From the IMG/VR virus record IMGVR_UViG_2687453727_000003: DNA of 59,556 nt; one strand, written 5' to 3'. This document shows positions 29,762 to 39,711 of the stretch, piece after piece; positions within the stretch are counted from its first letter, which is position 1; the number at the start of each line of letters is the position of its first letter. Under the pieces are notes generated by a model. It was not told where the DNA came from and searched no databases. It saw only the letters and a list, made by a program, of their open reading frames with translations. A program made the position numbers and the translations under genes. Origin of the DNA: an uncultured virus (IMG/VR IMGVR_UViG_2687453727_000003) (Duplodnaviria > Heunggongvirae > Uroviricota > Caudoviricetes).

Positions 29762-30259
29762 ATGAAAGATAAAAATGAAATAGACCCAAAATCAATTTAC
29801 ATGTATGGAATGCAGTTTTCAAAGATATGCGATAGAATACAAGGTAGTCAAAATTTAGAAAATAAATCAGAAAGTGAAAAGTATGCAATAATTGTAGATA
29901 CAATAATTCCAGAATTAGTTAATGGTTCTTTGGCTATAGAGCTCTATTTAAAAGCATTAATAGTTAAGGAAGGGCATAGTTATAGGAATATTCACAAAAT
30001 AGATAGTTTATTTGAAATGTTGAATGAAAACACAAAAAGAGAAATAAAAGGCATATTTTTAGAGGGATTCAAATCTATTCATAAAAAAGAATATGGTTTA
30101 TGCTTTGAGAAAAAATTAAAAGAAAACAGTAACGTATTTGTGGAATTTAGATATGCCTATGAAAAAGCAAACTCTGCTGATTATGAATTTATTAAAATGC
30201 TAGAGCTTGTTATGAGAACATATGCTAGATGTGAATTTGAAAAGCAACATACTATTTGA
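29762..30259 (+). CDS. HEPN-domain protein
   Basis: NGSLAIELYLKAL...HKIDSLF...FVEFRYAYE. Confidence 0.75.
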   Translation: MKDKNEIDPKSIYMYGMQFSKICDRIQGSQNLENKSESEKYAIIVDTIIPELVNGSLAIELYLKALIVKEGHSYRNIHKIDSLFEMLNENTKREIKGIFLEGFKSIHKKEYGLCFEKKLKENSNVFVEFRYAYEKANSADYEFIKMLELVMRTYARCEFEKQHTI

Positions 30260-30432
30260 AGAATAAACAAAATATATGAAGATAAGAAGAGTCTTTAAAG
30301 AGTATTTATAAAAGTGATATGAATGGATCTATCTTATGATAGTTTTAGCTAAATTATTATATAAAGATGTGATTTTTAGAAGGATTATACCAACTTTTGT
30401 ATAATTGTATTATATGGAAGGAGATGAAATGT

Positions 30433-30639
30433 ATGGCTGATAACATAAAAGTAGAACCAACACCAATTCAAAGAAATAGAAGAGATATTGCATTTGAATT
30501 ATTAAGCTTAAGGTTACATTATGATAGAAACAGAGCTGATTATACTGAAGATCAAATTGTTGCATTGTATAATAAATTCTATGCTAATGCCGCTGTAATT
30601 GAGAATGAAAGTGTAGAAGATTTAAAAAAGTATTTATAA
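30433..30639 (+). CDS. Hypothetical moron protein
   Basis: Own promoter (GAAGGATT...GTATAAT), RBS and terminator (30646-30673). Confidence 0.7.
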   Translation: MADNIKVEPTPIQRNRRDIAFELLSLRLHYDRNRADYTEDQIVALYNKFYANAAVIENESVEDLKKYL

Positions 30640-30740
30640 AAGGAAAAGAGAACTCTAGAAATAGGGTTCTTTTAATTTAAATAAAGGATTATAACTCTTT
30701 CTGTAGAATATTGTATTTGTATGAAGGGAGTTGATTTTAA

Positions 30741-31034
30741 ATGATTATTAATGCCAAAAATATAGCGATGCAATTAGATAATAGCATAAGTTTATATGAA
30801 AATGTTTTGGAAGTTACAGAAGAAATTGTTAAATCAATCAACAATAATTCTGAAAAGGGTTCATTATCATTACATAATACACATCCAAACATAAATATAA
30901 CTATAAATCCATTTGACATCGATATAATTATTAATTGTGAGAAAGTAAAACAATCAATGAAAAGCTATAATGTGGATATGAATACTGCCATTATGGATTT
31001 TATTTATGAAGGAATAAATAAAATTTATAAGTAG
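30741..31034 (+). CDS. Hypothetical moron protein
   Basis: SigH-like AAAGGATT-N12-GTAGAAT (30683-30709); AAGGGAG RBS. Confidence 0.7.
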   Translation: MIINAKNIAMQLDNSISLYENVLEVTEEIVKSINNNSEKGSLSLHNTHPNINITINPFDIDIIINCEKVKQSMKSYNVDMNTAIMDFIYEGINKIYK

Positions 31035-31051
31035 TTAGGAGGGGATAAAGC

Positions 31052-32846
31052 ATGTTAATACCATTTGAATTTCCCTAGCGATAAAGCACGTGATAAATGG
31101 CTGATTTATCACTATCTTAAAAAGTCCTATACTGATATAGGGATTCAAGAAGATAAAGCTGATGAACTAACCGAAAATAGAATGATTGAAAACTCTAAGA
31201 ATTTGTTTGGGTTCCATGGATTAGCATGGCAGCTTGGGCAAATATCCTTAGAGTTTTTTTGTAACTATTTTTTGCAGGATATATACCTGCCTAAAGAAGA
31301 TAATGCTGCAGCTCCAATAGCAAAAGTTCATGAAGAGCTGTGGCATGATATCCAGGAATCAATTATTGGAAATGGACCTGAACAATTAGGAAGAGTCCTT
31401 CCTAGAGGGACTGGTAAAAGTGCTTTTGGTACTTTGGGTCCTACATGTTGGAGCGTAGCTTATAAGCATAAAACTTATGTACTTATCTGTTCTGATATAG
31501 GAAGTACTGCTGAAAAGTTCATCAAAGATATCAAGGATAACATGATTGAAAATGAGTATATCGAAAATGCTTTTGGTAAGCTCCTTGATGATAAGAACAG
31601 AAACTTTATTTGTAATGCAACTCAATTAGAGTTTATAAACCATACTTTTGTTGAAGCTATTTCATCTACTTCGCCAATGAGAGGTAGAAAATATAAGAAT
31701 GTTAGACCAGATCTTATCATTCTTGATGATTATCAATCAGAAGATGATGTTAGAACCGAAGAAGCTAGAGAAAAGAAATGGAAAAGGTATTCTGATGATG
31801 TTAAGTTCGCAAAACAAAGACCAGTAAAGAGAAATGGTAAGGTTGTTAAAAAAGGTACTGTTCTTATGGCTTGGGGAACTCAACAACATAAAGAATGTTT
31901 CTATTCCAGGTTAATGAAATCTGCAACATGGACCTTTAAAAAGGAAAAAGGTGTATTAGTTGATGATTTCATAGATGAAGATGGTAAAAAGGTAAATGGT
32001 GTAGATCATTTATTTACTACAGGTTTATGGAAAGAGTTTAAGGATATTCTTTTTGACTTTAAAAATGATACAAGGCAAGAAGATGCCAAAGAGTTTTATT
32101 ATGAACATGAAGAAGAAATGCAGTTCCCTATGTTATGGGAAGAATTTTGGACTTGTTTAGAACTAGCAATGGACTATTATGAAAATCCAAATTCATTTAA
32201 GCAAGAGGTTCAAGGTGATGTTGATTCCATAGGAGAAAAATGGTTCAAATATATAAGAACTGAAAACAGAGAAGAAATTGAAACTCACGATTTTATTAAA
32301 ACAATGCTTTTAGCTGATCCGGCTGCAAGTGGTGGTAAAAGGAATGACTATAGTGCTTTTTTAGTTGGTTCAAGTGCTACTAATGGTAATAAGTATGCAA
32401 GAAAAGCTGAATTAGCCAAAATTAATGCTAGAAAAGAGTTTGATAAATATGTTGGCCATATGATTGAATTATTACTTGAATATCCTGAAGTAAGCCATGT
32501 GAGTATTGAAAAAAATACTTTTAATGGAGCAGATGCCTTTACATTAGAAAAGCTGATTAATGAACATCCAATTTTAAAATATAGAGGTATAGAAATTATA
32601 AATGAACAGCAAAAGAAAAATAAGGATGATAAGATCTCAACATCAATACCATATGTAAACAAAGGAGAAATTATTTTTGCTAAAGAAGATGAGGAATTTA
32701 CAGATCAAGTAATGGAATTTGCAGGGCAAAAGTTTACTGTGCATGATGATGCTGCCGACGTAATGTCTGAATTTATTCAAAGAATTGACCAGGTTGAGGT
32801 TATTAGTACAATTCAAATATTAGACAGAAAAGCATTTGGTCTATAG
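31052..32846 (+). CDS. terL: Terminase large subunit, with a +1 frameshift at codon 8
   Basis: PRGTGKS, IILDD, ADPAAS, HDDAAD; the RBS-linked ATG at 31052 stops at CCC-TAG (31073-31078) and the body continues in the +1 frame. Confidence 0.85.
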
Positions 32847-32849
32847 GAG

Positions 32850-34205
32850 GTGATAAATTTGAATTTTAGTAATTTAATAAGGCAATTAGTTACAAAACAA
32901 GTAATTCTAGATTTAAATATTCCAGATCATTTATCATTGGTTAAGAAAATTTATGGGACCTATTATACGTATAAACAAATTTACAATAAGATGTATAGCT
33001 ATTATAAAGGTGATACTGATGCAATGAAAAAGTATTTGTTTGTAACGGAAAGGTCTAATCTCAAGATTAATACTAATTTTATCAAGAAATTTATTAAAGA
33101 AGAGGTATCTTATACTGTTGGAAATCCGATAACCTATGAATCTAGAAATGATAACTCTGATGTAATTAAGGATATTGAATACTATACAGCTCACTGGGAT
33201 GAACTTCACGATACTGATCTTATGAAGTACTTGATTATATTTACTAAAGTGTATGAAATATATTATTTAGATGGTAATGCAGATTTCTGCAGTAAAATTA
33301 TAAAACCTACTGAAGGTTATGCATATGTTGATAATGCTTCAGGTAAGGTTTTATTTTTTATTCATGCATTCAAAAATGATTTTGACACTATAAATACTTA
33401 CGTTGATGTTTATACTGATGAATTTATTTATCATTACGATGGACGTTTTAATGAAATTATGAAGCCAACAGAAAATATATTTGGAGAAGTTCCAGTAAGT
33501 GTTGGTAAATTAACATTAGAAGAATATCATGATAGCTTATATAAAGATATCAAAGGATTGCAAGATGCATTTGAAACTAACTTTAGCGATATAAGTAATG
33601 AAATAAGTGACTTTAGAAACGCTTATTTAGTTTTCATGGGGTGTCAAGTTGATGAAAAGCAAATTCCTAATATGAAAAAGTTGGGTGTACTAAATACTAA
33701 GGATAAAAATAGTGTTATTCAATGGCTTGTTAAAAATATTAATGATACTTTCATCCAAAACACACTTGATAGGCAGGTTGATACAATGTATCAAATAGCT
33801 TGCCATATAAACCATAATGAGAAGTTGCAAAGTAATCTGAGTGGAATAACCCTAAGATCACGTTTAATAGCACTAGAGAATAAATGCAATTTAGAGATTA
33901 AGGCTCATACAAATATAATTAAAAGTAGAAATAGATTCTTATGTATATATTTAAATCTAAAGAAAAGTAAGAATTACGATTATAAAGATATCAAAGCCCT
34001 ATATACCCCAAACATTCCAACGGATGATTTAGCGACAGCTCAGATGTTTAATCAAACGCCTGAAGGAGTTATTTCTAAAGATACAATGAGGAGTAGATTT
34101 AGTTTTATTACCAATAAAGTTGCAGAGGCTGAAAAAGTTAAAAAAGAGCAACAAGAAGATTGGCCAAAGACAAGTTTGGATAAGGTAGTTGGTAATAATG
34201 GATAA
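32850..34205 (+). CDS. Portal protein (SPP1-type)
   Basis: YYKG...NFIKKFIKEEVSYTVGNPI, NLSGITL; follows terL. Confidence 0.9.
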   Translation: MINLNFSNLIRQLVTKQVILDLNIPDHLSLVKKIYGTYYTYKQIYNKMYSYYKGDTDAMKKYLFVTERSNLKINTNFIKKFIKEEVSYTVGNPITYESRNDNSDVIKDIEYYTAHWDELHDTDLMKYLIIFTKVYEIYYLDGNADFCSKIIKPTEGYAYVDNASGKVLFFIHAFKNDFDTINTYVDVYTDEFIYHYDGRFNEIMKPTENIFGEVPVSVGKLTLEEYHDSLYKDIKGLQDAFETNFSDISNEISDFRNAYLVFMGCQVDEKQIPNMKKLGVLNTKDKNSVIQWLVKNINDTFIQNTLDRQVDTMYQIACHINHNEKLQSNLSGITLRSRLIALENKCNLEIKAHTNIIKSRNRFLCIYLNLKKSKNYDYKDIKALYTPNIPTDDLATAQMFNQTPEGVISKDTMRSRFSFITNKVAEAEKVKKEQQEDWPKTSLDKVVGNNG

Positions 34206-35694
34206 GAATAAACTTACTCTAGAGCAACAATTTTTTAGTGATAAAACTTTAGAATTTGCTAAAGAACTTTATGATCAGACGGAAAGTAAATTAAAAGAAG
34301 CTTATAATGGGCAAATAAAAAATAGAAATGATTTACTAAACCAAATCGCAAAGATATTATTATCTTATAATATTGATGATAATATTTTAAATATAAATGC
34401 AGCTGATAAGAAGAAGTTATATTTAGAATTAAGTGATTTAATCATTAAGAATATTAAGTCGGAGCTTAATGTTGAAACAATTCTAACCAAAGACATTTTA
34501 ACAAATGCTGCTAAAGAGAAATTCAATACTAATAATTATGTGTATAGCCTAGGGGCAGATTTCGAAATTACTCAACTAAGTGATGAGGTATTAGAGAAAA
34601 TAATTAGTACTAAGGTTGATGATAAGTTATGGTCAGATAGATTGTATGATAATAAAAATGAAATGTGCAATGTATTACAAAAAGAAGTTGAAAAGTTTCT
34701 TAAGGGTGAAACAAATGTAAATCAAATTGGGCAAAAAATTACAAATAAATATGACATTAATGCACATGAAACCAAAAGATTAGTTCAGGATAATATATGC
34801 AGAGTGCAGGAGGGTGCTAATGATGTATGGCAGCATGAGCATGGAATAAAGAAAGTTATGTATATGGCGACTCTTGATGGAAAAGTGTGTTCAAGGTGTG
34901 CTAAATATGATACTGAAGTATTTGATACTGATGAAAAGCCTGTACAAATACCGCAGCATCCATTTTGTAGATGTGTTTATATATCATTAACGAATAAAGA
35001 TTGGCATCCTAAGATGCGACTTGATAATGAAACTAAGAAAAATGTTAATTGGCAAAGCTATGAAGATTGGAAAGAAAATAATAGCATTATAAAAAGTAAT
35101 GGTAAAGAAATTAAATCTTCAAATTATGAAAAAGTAGAGTCAAATATAAAATGGGATAATTATATAGATATATCAAAAGAAAGTTCAAATAAATTAAATG
35201 AAATTCATACAAATCTTAATAAATTTATGATTGAACAGGGAAAAGAAAAACTTAGTTTATTAGAGCTAAGTGGAAATAAAATATGCATTGAGCAGGTTGG
35301 AGAAGAAGAAAATGTTAAATTGTCAAAAGAGACTGTAAAAATATTGAAAGAGTCAGATGCTAATGATATAATATTTGTACACAATCATCCTGGTAAGACA
35401 ACATTTTCTAGAGATGATATTGAGAAAATAATAACATATAAATCTATAAATGCAATGACACTTGAATGTGAGGATGGAAGTAAATATATAATACAAAGAG
35501 GGACTTATAAGAGTTCAAGTGTAAAAGGGTATTTATTCTATAATAAATATGAAAACATAAGGCGAAAGGTAGCACGAAATTATCCTGAATTAGAGGATGA
35601 CGTGAAAATTTATGAGGTTTGGGATAAGTACATGAATGAAGTGGCTACAGCAGTATGTAATGATTATGGATTAATTTATAAGAAGGTGAAATAA
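34198..35694 (+). CDS. MuF/gp7-like minor head protein with C-terminal JAB-like extension
   Basis: ATLDGKVCSRC...PQHPFCRC, then FVHNHPGKTTFSRDD. Confidence 0.85.
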   Translation: MDKNKLTLEQQFFSDKTLEFAKELYDQTESKLKEAYNGQIKNRNDLLNQIAKILLSYNIDDNILNINAADKKKLYLELSDLIIKNIKSELNVETILTKDILTNAAKEKFNTNNYVYSLGADFEITQLSDEVLEKIISTKVDDKLWSDRLYDNKNEMCNVLQKEVEKFLKGETNVNQIGQKITNKYDINAHETKRLVQDNICRVQEGANDVWQHEHGIKKVMYMATLDGKVCSRCAKYDTEVFDTDEKPVQIPQHPFCRCVYISLTNKDWHPKMRLDNETKKNVNWQSYEDWKENNSIIKSNGKEIKSSNYEKVESNIKWDNYIDISKESSNKLNEIHTNLNKFMIEQGKEKLSLLELSGNKICIEQVGEEENVKLSKETVKILKESDANDIIFVHNHPGKTTFSRDDIEKIITYKSINAMTLECEDGSKYIIQRGTYKSSSVKGYLFYNKYENIRRKVARNYPELEDDVKIYEVWDKYMNEVATAVCNDYGLIYKKVK

Positions 35695-35695
35695 A

Positions 35696-35908
35696 ATGTA
35701 TAATGAAACTCTTGATGGTTTCCCAGAATGGAAGGATATGCAAAAAGAAGGTATGACATTAGATGAGTATAATAAATTTGCTAAAAAAAAGACTATTCAA
35801 ATAATGAAGGATAAATTAGAAGCCAGTAAGGATGAATTAACTAAAGATGAAGTTGAAGAGATAGAAGAGGCAATAAAGGAAGCTGAATTAGAACTTACTG
35901 AAATGTAA
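35696..35908 (+). CDS. Small acidic protein, candidate MuF immunity protein
   Basis: Starts 1 bp after the muF stop; followed by a terminator at 35910-35947. Confidence 0.6.
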   Translation: MYNETLDGFPEWKDMQKEGMTLDEYNKFAKKKTIQIMKDKLEASKDELTKDEVEEIEEAIKEAELELTEM

Positions 35909-36137
35909 AAGCACTTACTTAATTTAAAAAGGTAGGTGCTTTTATTATACCTAAAATTAAGGAGTCAATATTGTGGGACTATTAAATTAATTAAAGATTA
36001 GTAAAAGCTAGTCTTTTTATTTTGCTTAAATTACGTCTTGTGGACGATTTGTGTACAAGGAGTAACAAAAATATTTAAATTACAAAATAATGTGTTCTAG
36101 GGCACGTTTGATGGTCTAGAGTATAGGAGGAATAAAG

Positions 36138-36773
36138 ATGTTAAAAAAAGATTTGTTAGAAAAAATTAAAAATGCTAAAGATGAAGAAGACATAAATTCA
36201 TTACTTGCTGGAACTGATATTGAAGAACAATTTAAAGGACCTGAACCAACTTTAGATGTTTTCAAGCAAAAAATTAAAGCTGATAAAGTATTCCAACAAT
36301 TTATGGACAGTGAAAGAGATACTTATCATTCAAAGGCAATAAAAACCATGAAGGAAAAGGGAACGTGGGAATCTGAATTTGGAGACGTATTAACTCAAAA
36401 GTACCCAGATTTAGTTACAGATCCAACTCAAAAGAAATTACTAGATTTAGAAAAACAATTAGCGGAGGAAAAGGCTGCTAATGTAAAAAAAGATTTATTA
36501 GCAGAAGCAATGAAATATGCAAATGAAAAAGGAATAAAATTAAAATCCATTGATAAATATCTTGGTGAAGATTTCGATTCAACTAAGGCTAATTTAGACG
36601 ATTTAGCTGAAGATTGGTCAAAAGGATTAGAAGCTATGGTTAATGAAAAAATGAAAGCAAATTCATACGTACCTGGAACTGGTGACGATGGAAAACCAAT
36701 TAGTATTGGAGCATCATTGGCCGCCGAAGCAAATAAGACAAGTACAGCTGCAAGTGATCCTTGGGCTAAATAA
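36138..36773 (+). CDS. Capsid scaffold protein
   Basis: Charged coiled-coil; lies before decoration and capsid genes. Confidence 0.8.
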   Translation: MLKKDLLEKIKNAKDEEDINSLLAGTDIEEQFKGPEPTLDVFKQKIKADKVFQQFMDSERDTYHSKAIKTMKEKGTWESEFGDVLTQKYPDLVTDPTQKKLLDLEKQLAEEKAANVKKDLLAEAMKYANEKGIKLKSIDKYLGEDFDSTKANLDDLAEDWSKGLEAMVNEKMKANSYVPGTGDDGKPISIGASLAAEANKTSTAASDPWAK

Positions 36774-36788
36774 TAAGGAGGTAATATT

Positions 36789-37163
36789 ATGTATATAAAA
36801 TCAGAAACTTATCAAAATGAAATGGAGATATTGTATAGTGATGCAAATTTAGCTACTTTTAGTGGAACTGTTTTAGCATCAAATGTTGATGAAGGTGATG
36901 AACATGGGAAAAAATATGTAGTTGCTGGGAGTTTGATAGATAAAGATGGTAAGATTGTTACTCAAACTGGGGCCAGTGGATCAGAAACATTAACGACAAT
37001 ACCTGTTGGAATTGTATATAGAACTGTAGATCTAACTAATGGAGATCAACCATGTTCATTAATTGTTGAAGGATATCTAAGGGCAGATAGGGTTTTAGAT
37101 GGATTTGCAGACAAAGCAATAGCCGCAATTAAAACAGCATTACCAAATATAACATTTAGATAA
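36789..37163 (+). CDS. Head decoration protein
   Basis: GKKYVVAGS...ALPNITFR; position. Confidence 0.7.
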   Translation: MYIKSETYQNEMEILYSDANLATFSGTVLASNVDEGDEHGKKYVVAGSLIDKDGKIVTQTGASGSETLTTIPVGIVYRTVDLTNGDQPCSLIVEGYLRADRVLDGFADKAIAAIKTALPNITFR

Positions 37164-37180
37164 TAAGGGAGGAATTAATA

Positions 37181-38209
37181 ATGCCAAGAGTAGATGAAGT
37201 ATTTAACACAAAGGAATTAATTAATTATTTTGCAGAAAGACAAACGGCATCAATGCTAGGAGAAGCTCTATTTCCAGAAAGGAAAATCCAAGACATTGAA
37301 TTTGAAATGATTTTAGGCAGGGGAGGATTGCCAGTTAGTGCAACAGTACATGCATTAGATACTAAAACTCAAATTGCAAGCAGACAAGCAATCCAAAAAG
37401 GTGCACAAGAATTAGCACTCATTAAAAGACAAATTCCAATGAGAGAAAAGGACATTATAAAAGTTCAGAGTCCAAGAAATGATGCAGAATTAAAATTTGT
37501 GCTTTCTCAACTTTATAATGATGCTGAAGATATGAAAGAATCAGTAAAAGTTAGAGTTGAAGCTATGAGAATGGAGTTACTTTCTACTGGAAAGATTAAA
37601 ATCGAAGAAAATGGAGTTAAAGTTACTTTAGATTATGGAGTTCCCGCAGGAAACCAAAAGTCTGTAACGTGGAAAACCCCAGATACAGATAAGCCACTAG
37701 ATGATATAAAAACACTTGTTAAGGCAGTTAAAACTTCAAGTGGTTCAACTTCAACTAGAGCTTTAACTTCGGATACTATAATTGATACAATTTGCAACTG
37801 CACAAGTGTAAGAAAAGCTATATTTGGAGTAAACTCCGATATGGTTCCAACATTAGATGATTTGAATAATTTAATGTCTAGAATGAAATTGCCTAAGTTT
37901 GTTACTTATGATGAACTTTACAAAGTGGAGACTGCTAAAGGATATGAAACTAAGAGATATTATCCTGAGAATAAAATAACTATTTTTAGTTCAAATAATC
38001 CAGGAGAAACTATTTATGGTTTAACTGCTGAGGAAATCAAAATGATAGGAAATAATCAAATGGATGAAGCTGCAATGGTCGGAAATATATTTGTCGGAAC
38101 TTATTCAAAACCTGATCCAGTGGTTGAATATACGAAAGCTGTAGCAACAGCTCTTCCATCTTGTCCTCATGCAGATGAAATTGGAATTATGTCTATAACA
38201 TTAAGTTAG
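37181..38209 (+). CDS. Major capsid protein
   Basis: LGEALFPERK, RVEAMRMELLSTGK, LDYGVP, KAVATALP. Confidence 0.9.
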   Translation: MPRVDEVFNTKELINYFAERQTASMLGEALFPERKIQDIEFEMILGRGGLPVSATVHALDTKTQIASRQAIQKGAQELALIKRQIPMREKDIIKVQSPRNDAELKFVLSQLYNDAEDMKESVKVRVEAMRMELLSTGKIKIEENGVKVTLDYGVPAGNQKSVTWKTPDTDKPLDDIKTLVKAVKTSSGSTSTRALTSDTIIDTICNCTSVRKAIFGVNSDMVPTLDDLNNLMSRMKLPKFVTYDELYKVETAKGYETKRYYPENKITIFSSNNPGETIYGLTAEEIKMIGNNQMDEAAMVGNIFVGTYSKPDPVVEYTKAVATALPSCPHADEIGIMSITLS

Positions 38210-38251
38210 ATTAGAGAGATATAAAGTCTCTCTTTTAACTATAATTAAGAG

Positions 38252-38533
38252 GTGATTAATTTGGTTGTAATTACTGATGAAGAATATGAACAAATGGCAA
38301 TACAGGCTATAAGAGAATATAAAAATAAAGATCTTAAAGATGAAGAAATCAAGCAAAGATATTCATTAGCTATAAAATTAATAGTAGAAAATATAAAACA
38401 ATCTCAAAAGGTTGATAAAAATATTAAGAGCGAAACTCAAGGTGCACGCAGTAAAACTTATAAGGATGATATTGTTATAATTGATAACAATATTGAATTA
38501 CTTTTAGGAAGCTCTTATGTAAGGATGTATTAG
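38252..38533 (+). CDS. Head-tail connector
   Basis: IKSETQGARSKTY; position. Confidence 0.75.
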   Translation: MINLVVITDEEYEQMAIQAIREYKNKDLKDEEIKQRYSLAIKLIVENIKQSQKVDKNIKSETQGARSKTYKDDIVIIDNNIELLLGSSYVRMY

Positions 38534-38534
38534 C

Positions 38535-38876
38535 ATGTTTTACGATAATAAAGAAATTCAAATTTATACTTATGGAGATCAGGATGATGAACATGGAATA
38601 AGCAGGACAGGTTATAAATTATTAATAACACAGAATCCAATTATGGTAGATATACAGCCTTATAGTACTGAAAAAGCTAAGAAAGATTATGGATATGATA
38701 TTGAGTGTACAAGAAGAATGTTTTGTAACATTATTCAAGAGATTACTGAAGATTGCATTATAAAGTATAAGGATAAATTTTATGAAATTACTGGGATCCC
38801 TTGGGATGATGATTACTTAGATGTTATGCTGCTAGAGAAAAAAGATGTGATAATTGTAGAAAATGGTGAGCAGTAG
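38535..38876 (+). CDS. Head closure protein
   Basis: VDIQPYS...DYG; position. Confidence 0.7.
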   Translation: MFYDNKEIQIYTYGDQDDEHGISRTGYKLLITQNPIMVDIQPYSTEKAKKDYGYDIECTRRMFCNIIQEITEDCIIKYKDKFYEITGIPWDDDYLDVMLLEKKDVIIVENGEQ

Positions 38877-39280
38877 TGTTGAGTTTTAATGACTTTAAGA
38901 AAAAAATGATGACAAAGTTTAGTAGGGTAAGCGGAATAATTATTGAAGAGATGGAAGAAAAGTCAACCATGTGTATCGGTGAGATTCAAAGTAGAACACC
39001 TGTGAAAAGTGGTAATTTAAGAAGGTCAATGACTCATGGCAAGGTAGAAATAGTTAAATTTAAGACTTACAAAATTAGAATAGGGAGTGCTCTTCCTTAT
39101 GCTCAAGCAGTTGAAGAAGGGCATTTTCAAGAAGTAGGAAGGTATGTCCCTGCTATTGGCAAAAAATTAGTAAAAAGCTTTGTACCTGGGAGACATATGA
39201 TTGGTGATAGTATAGAAATTTATCAAAGAGAGCTTCAGAAAAGTATTAAAGATAGAATTAGAAATGAGGTGTTTAAATGA
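38876..39280 (+). CDS. HK97 gp10-family protein
   Basis: TPVKSGNLRRS, YAQAVEEGH, FVPGRHM. Confidence 0.85.
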   Translation: MLSFNDFKKKMMTKFSRVSGIIIEEMEEKSTMCIGEIQSRTPVKSGNLRRSMTHGKVEIVKFKTYKIRIGSALPYAQAVEEGHFQEVGRYVPAIGKKLVKSFVPGRHMIGDSIEIYQRELQKSIKDRIRNEVFK

Positions 39281-39711
39281 TTAAATATGTTGAGCTTTTA
39301 TATAATACAACTGTTTTACTTAAAAAAACTTTTGGGTATAAAATTTCAATTAAAAAGAATGAACAGGAAGTAAAGAACCCTACATTTTTTGTATCGGTAA
39401 CACCTTTAACAACTGATCCTTATTTAAGATATAATGAGAAACTTGTTAATATCTCTATAACTTTTACTGACAAAGTAGTTACCGAGGAGCAATTGCTTGA
39501 TATGCAGGACCAATTAAATGAATTATTTGATATATACTTGGACATAGGAAGTAGAAAACTGGTATTTGGTAAGAAGAAATATAATAAAGCTGATGAGTTT
39601 GTCACATTAATATTGACGTTAAATTACTTAGATGGCAAAACTACTATTCCGGATCAAGAAAAGTACACTAAATTAATGGAAGAATTAATATACAGGGACG
39701 GTGATAAATAA
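39277..39711 (+). CDS. Tail terminator protein
   Basis: PTFFV motif; lies before the sheath gene. Confidence 0.7.
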   Translation: MIKYVELLYNTTVLLKKTFGYKISIKKNEQEVKNPTFFVSVTPLTTDPYLRYNEKLVNISITFTDKVVTEEQLLDMQDQLNELFDIYLDIGSRKLVFGKKKYNKADEFVTLILTLNYLDGKTTIPDQEKYTKLMEELIYRDGDK

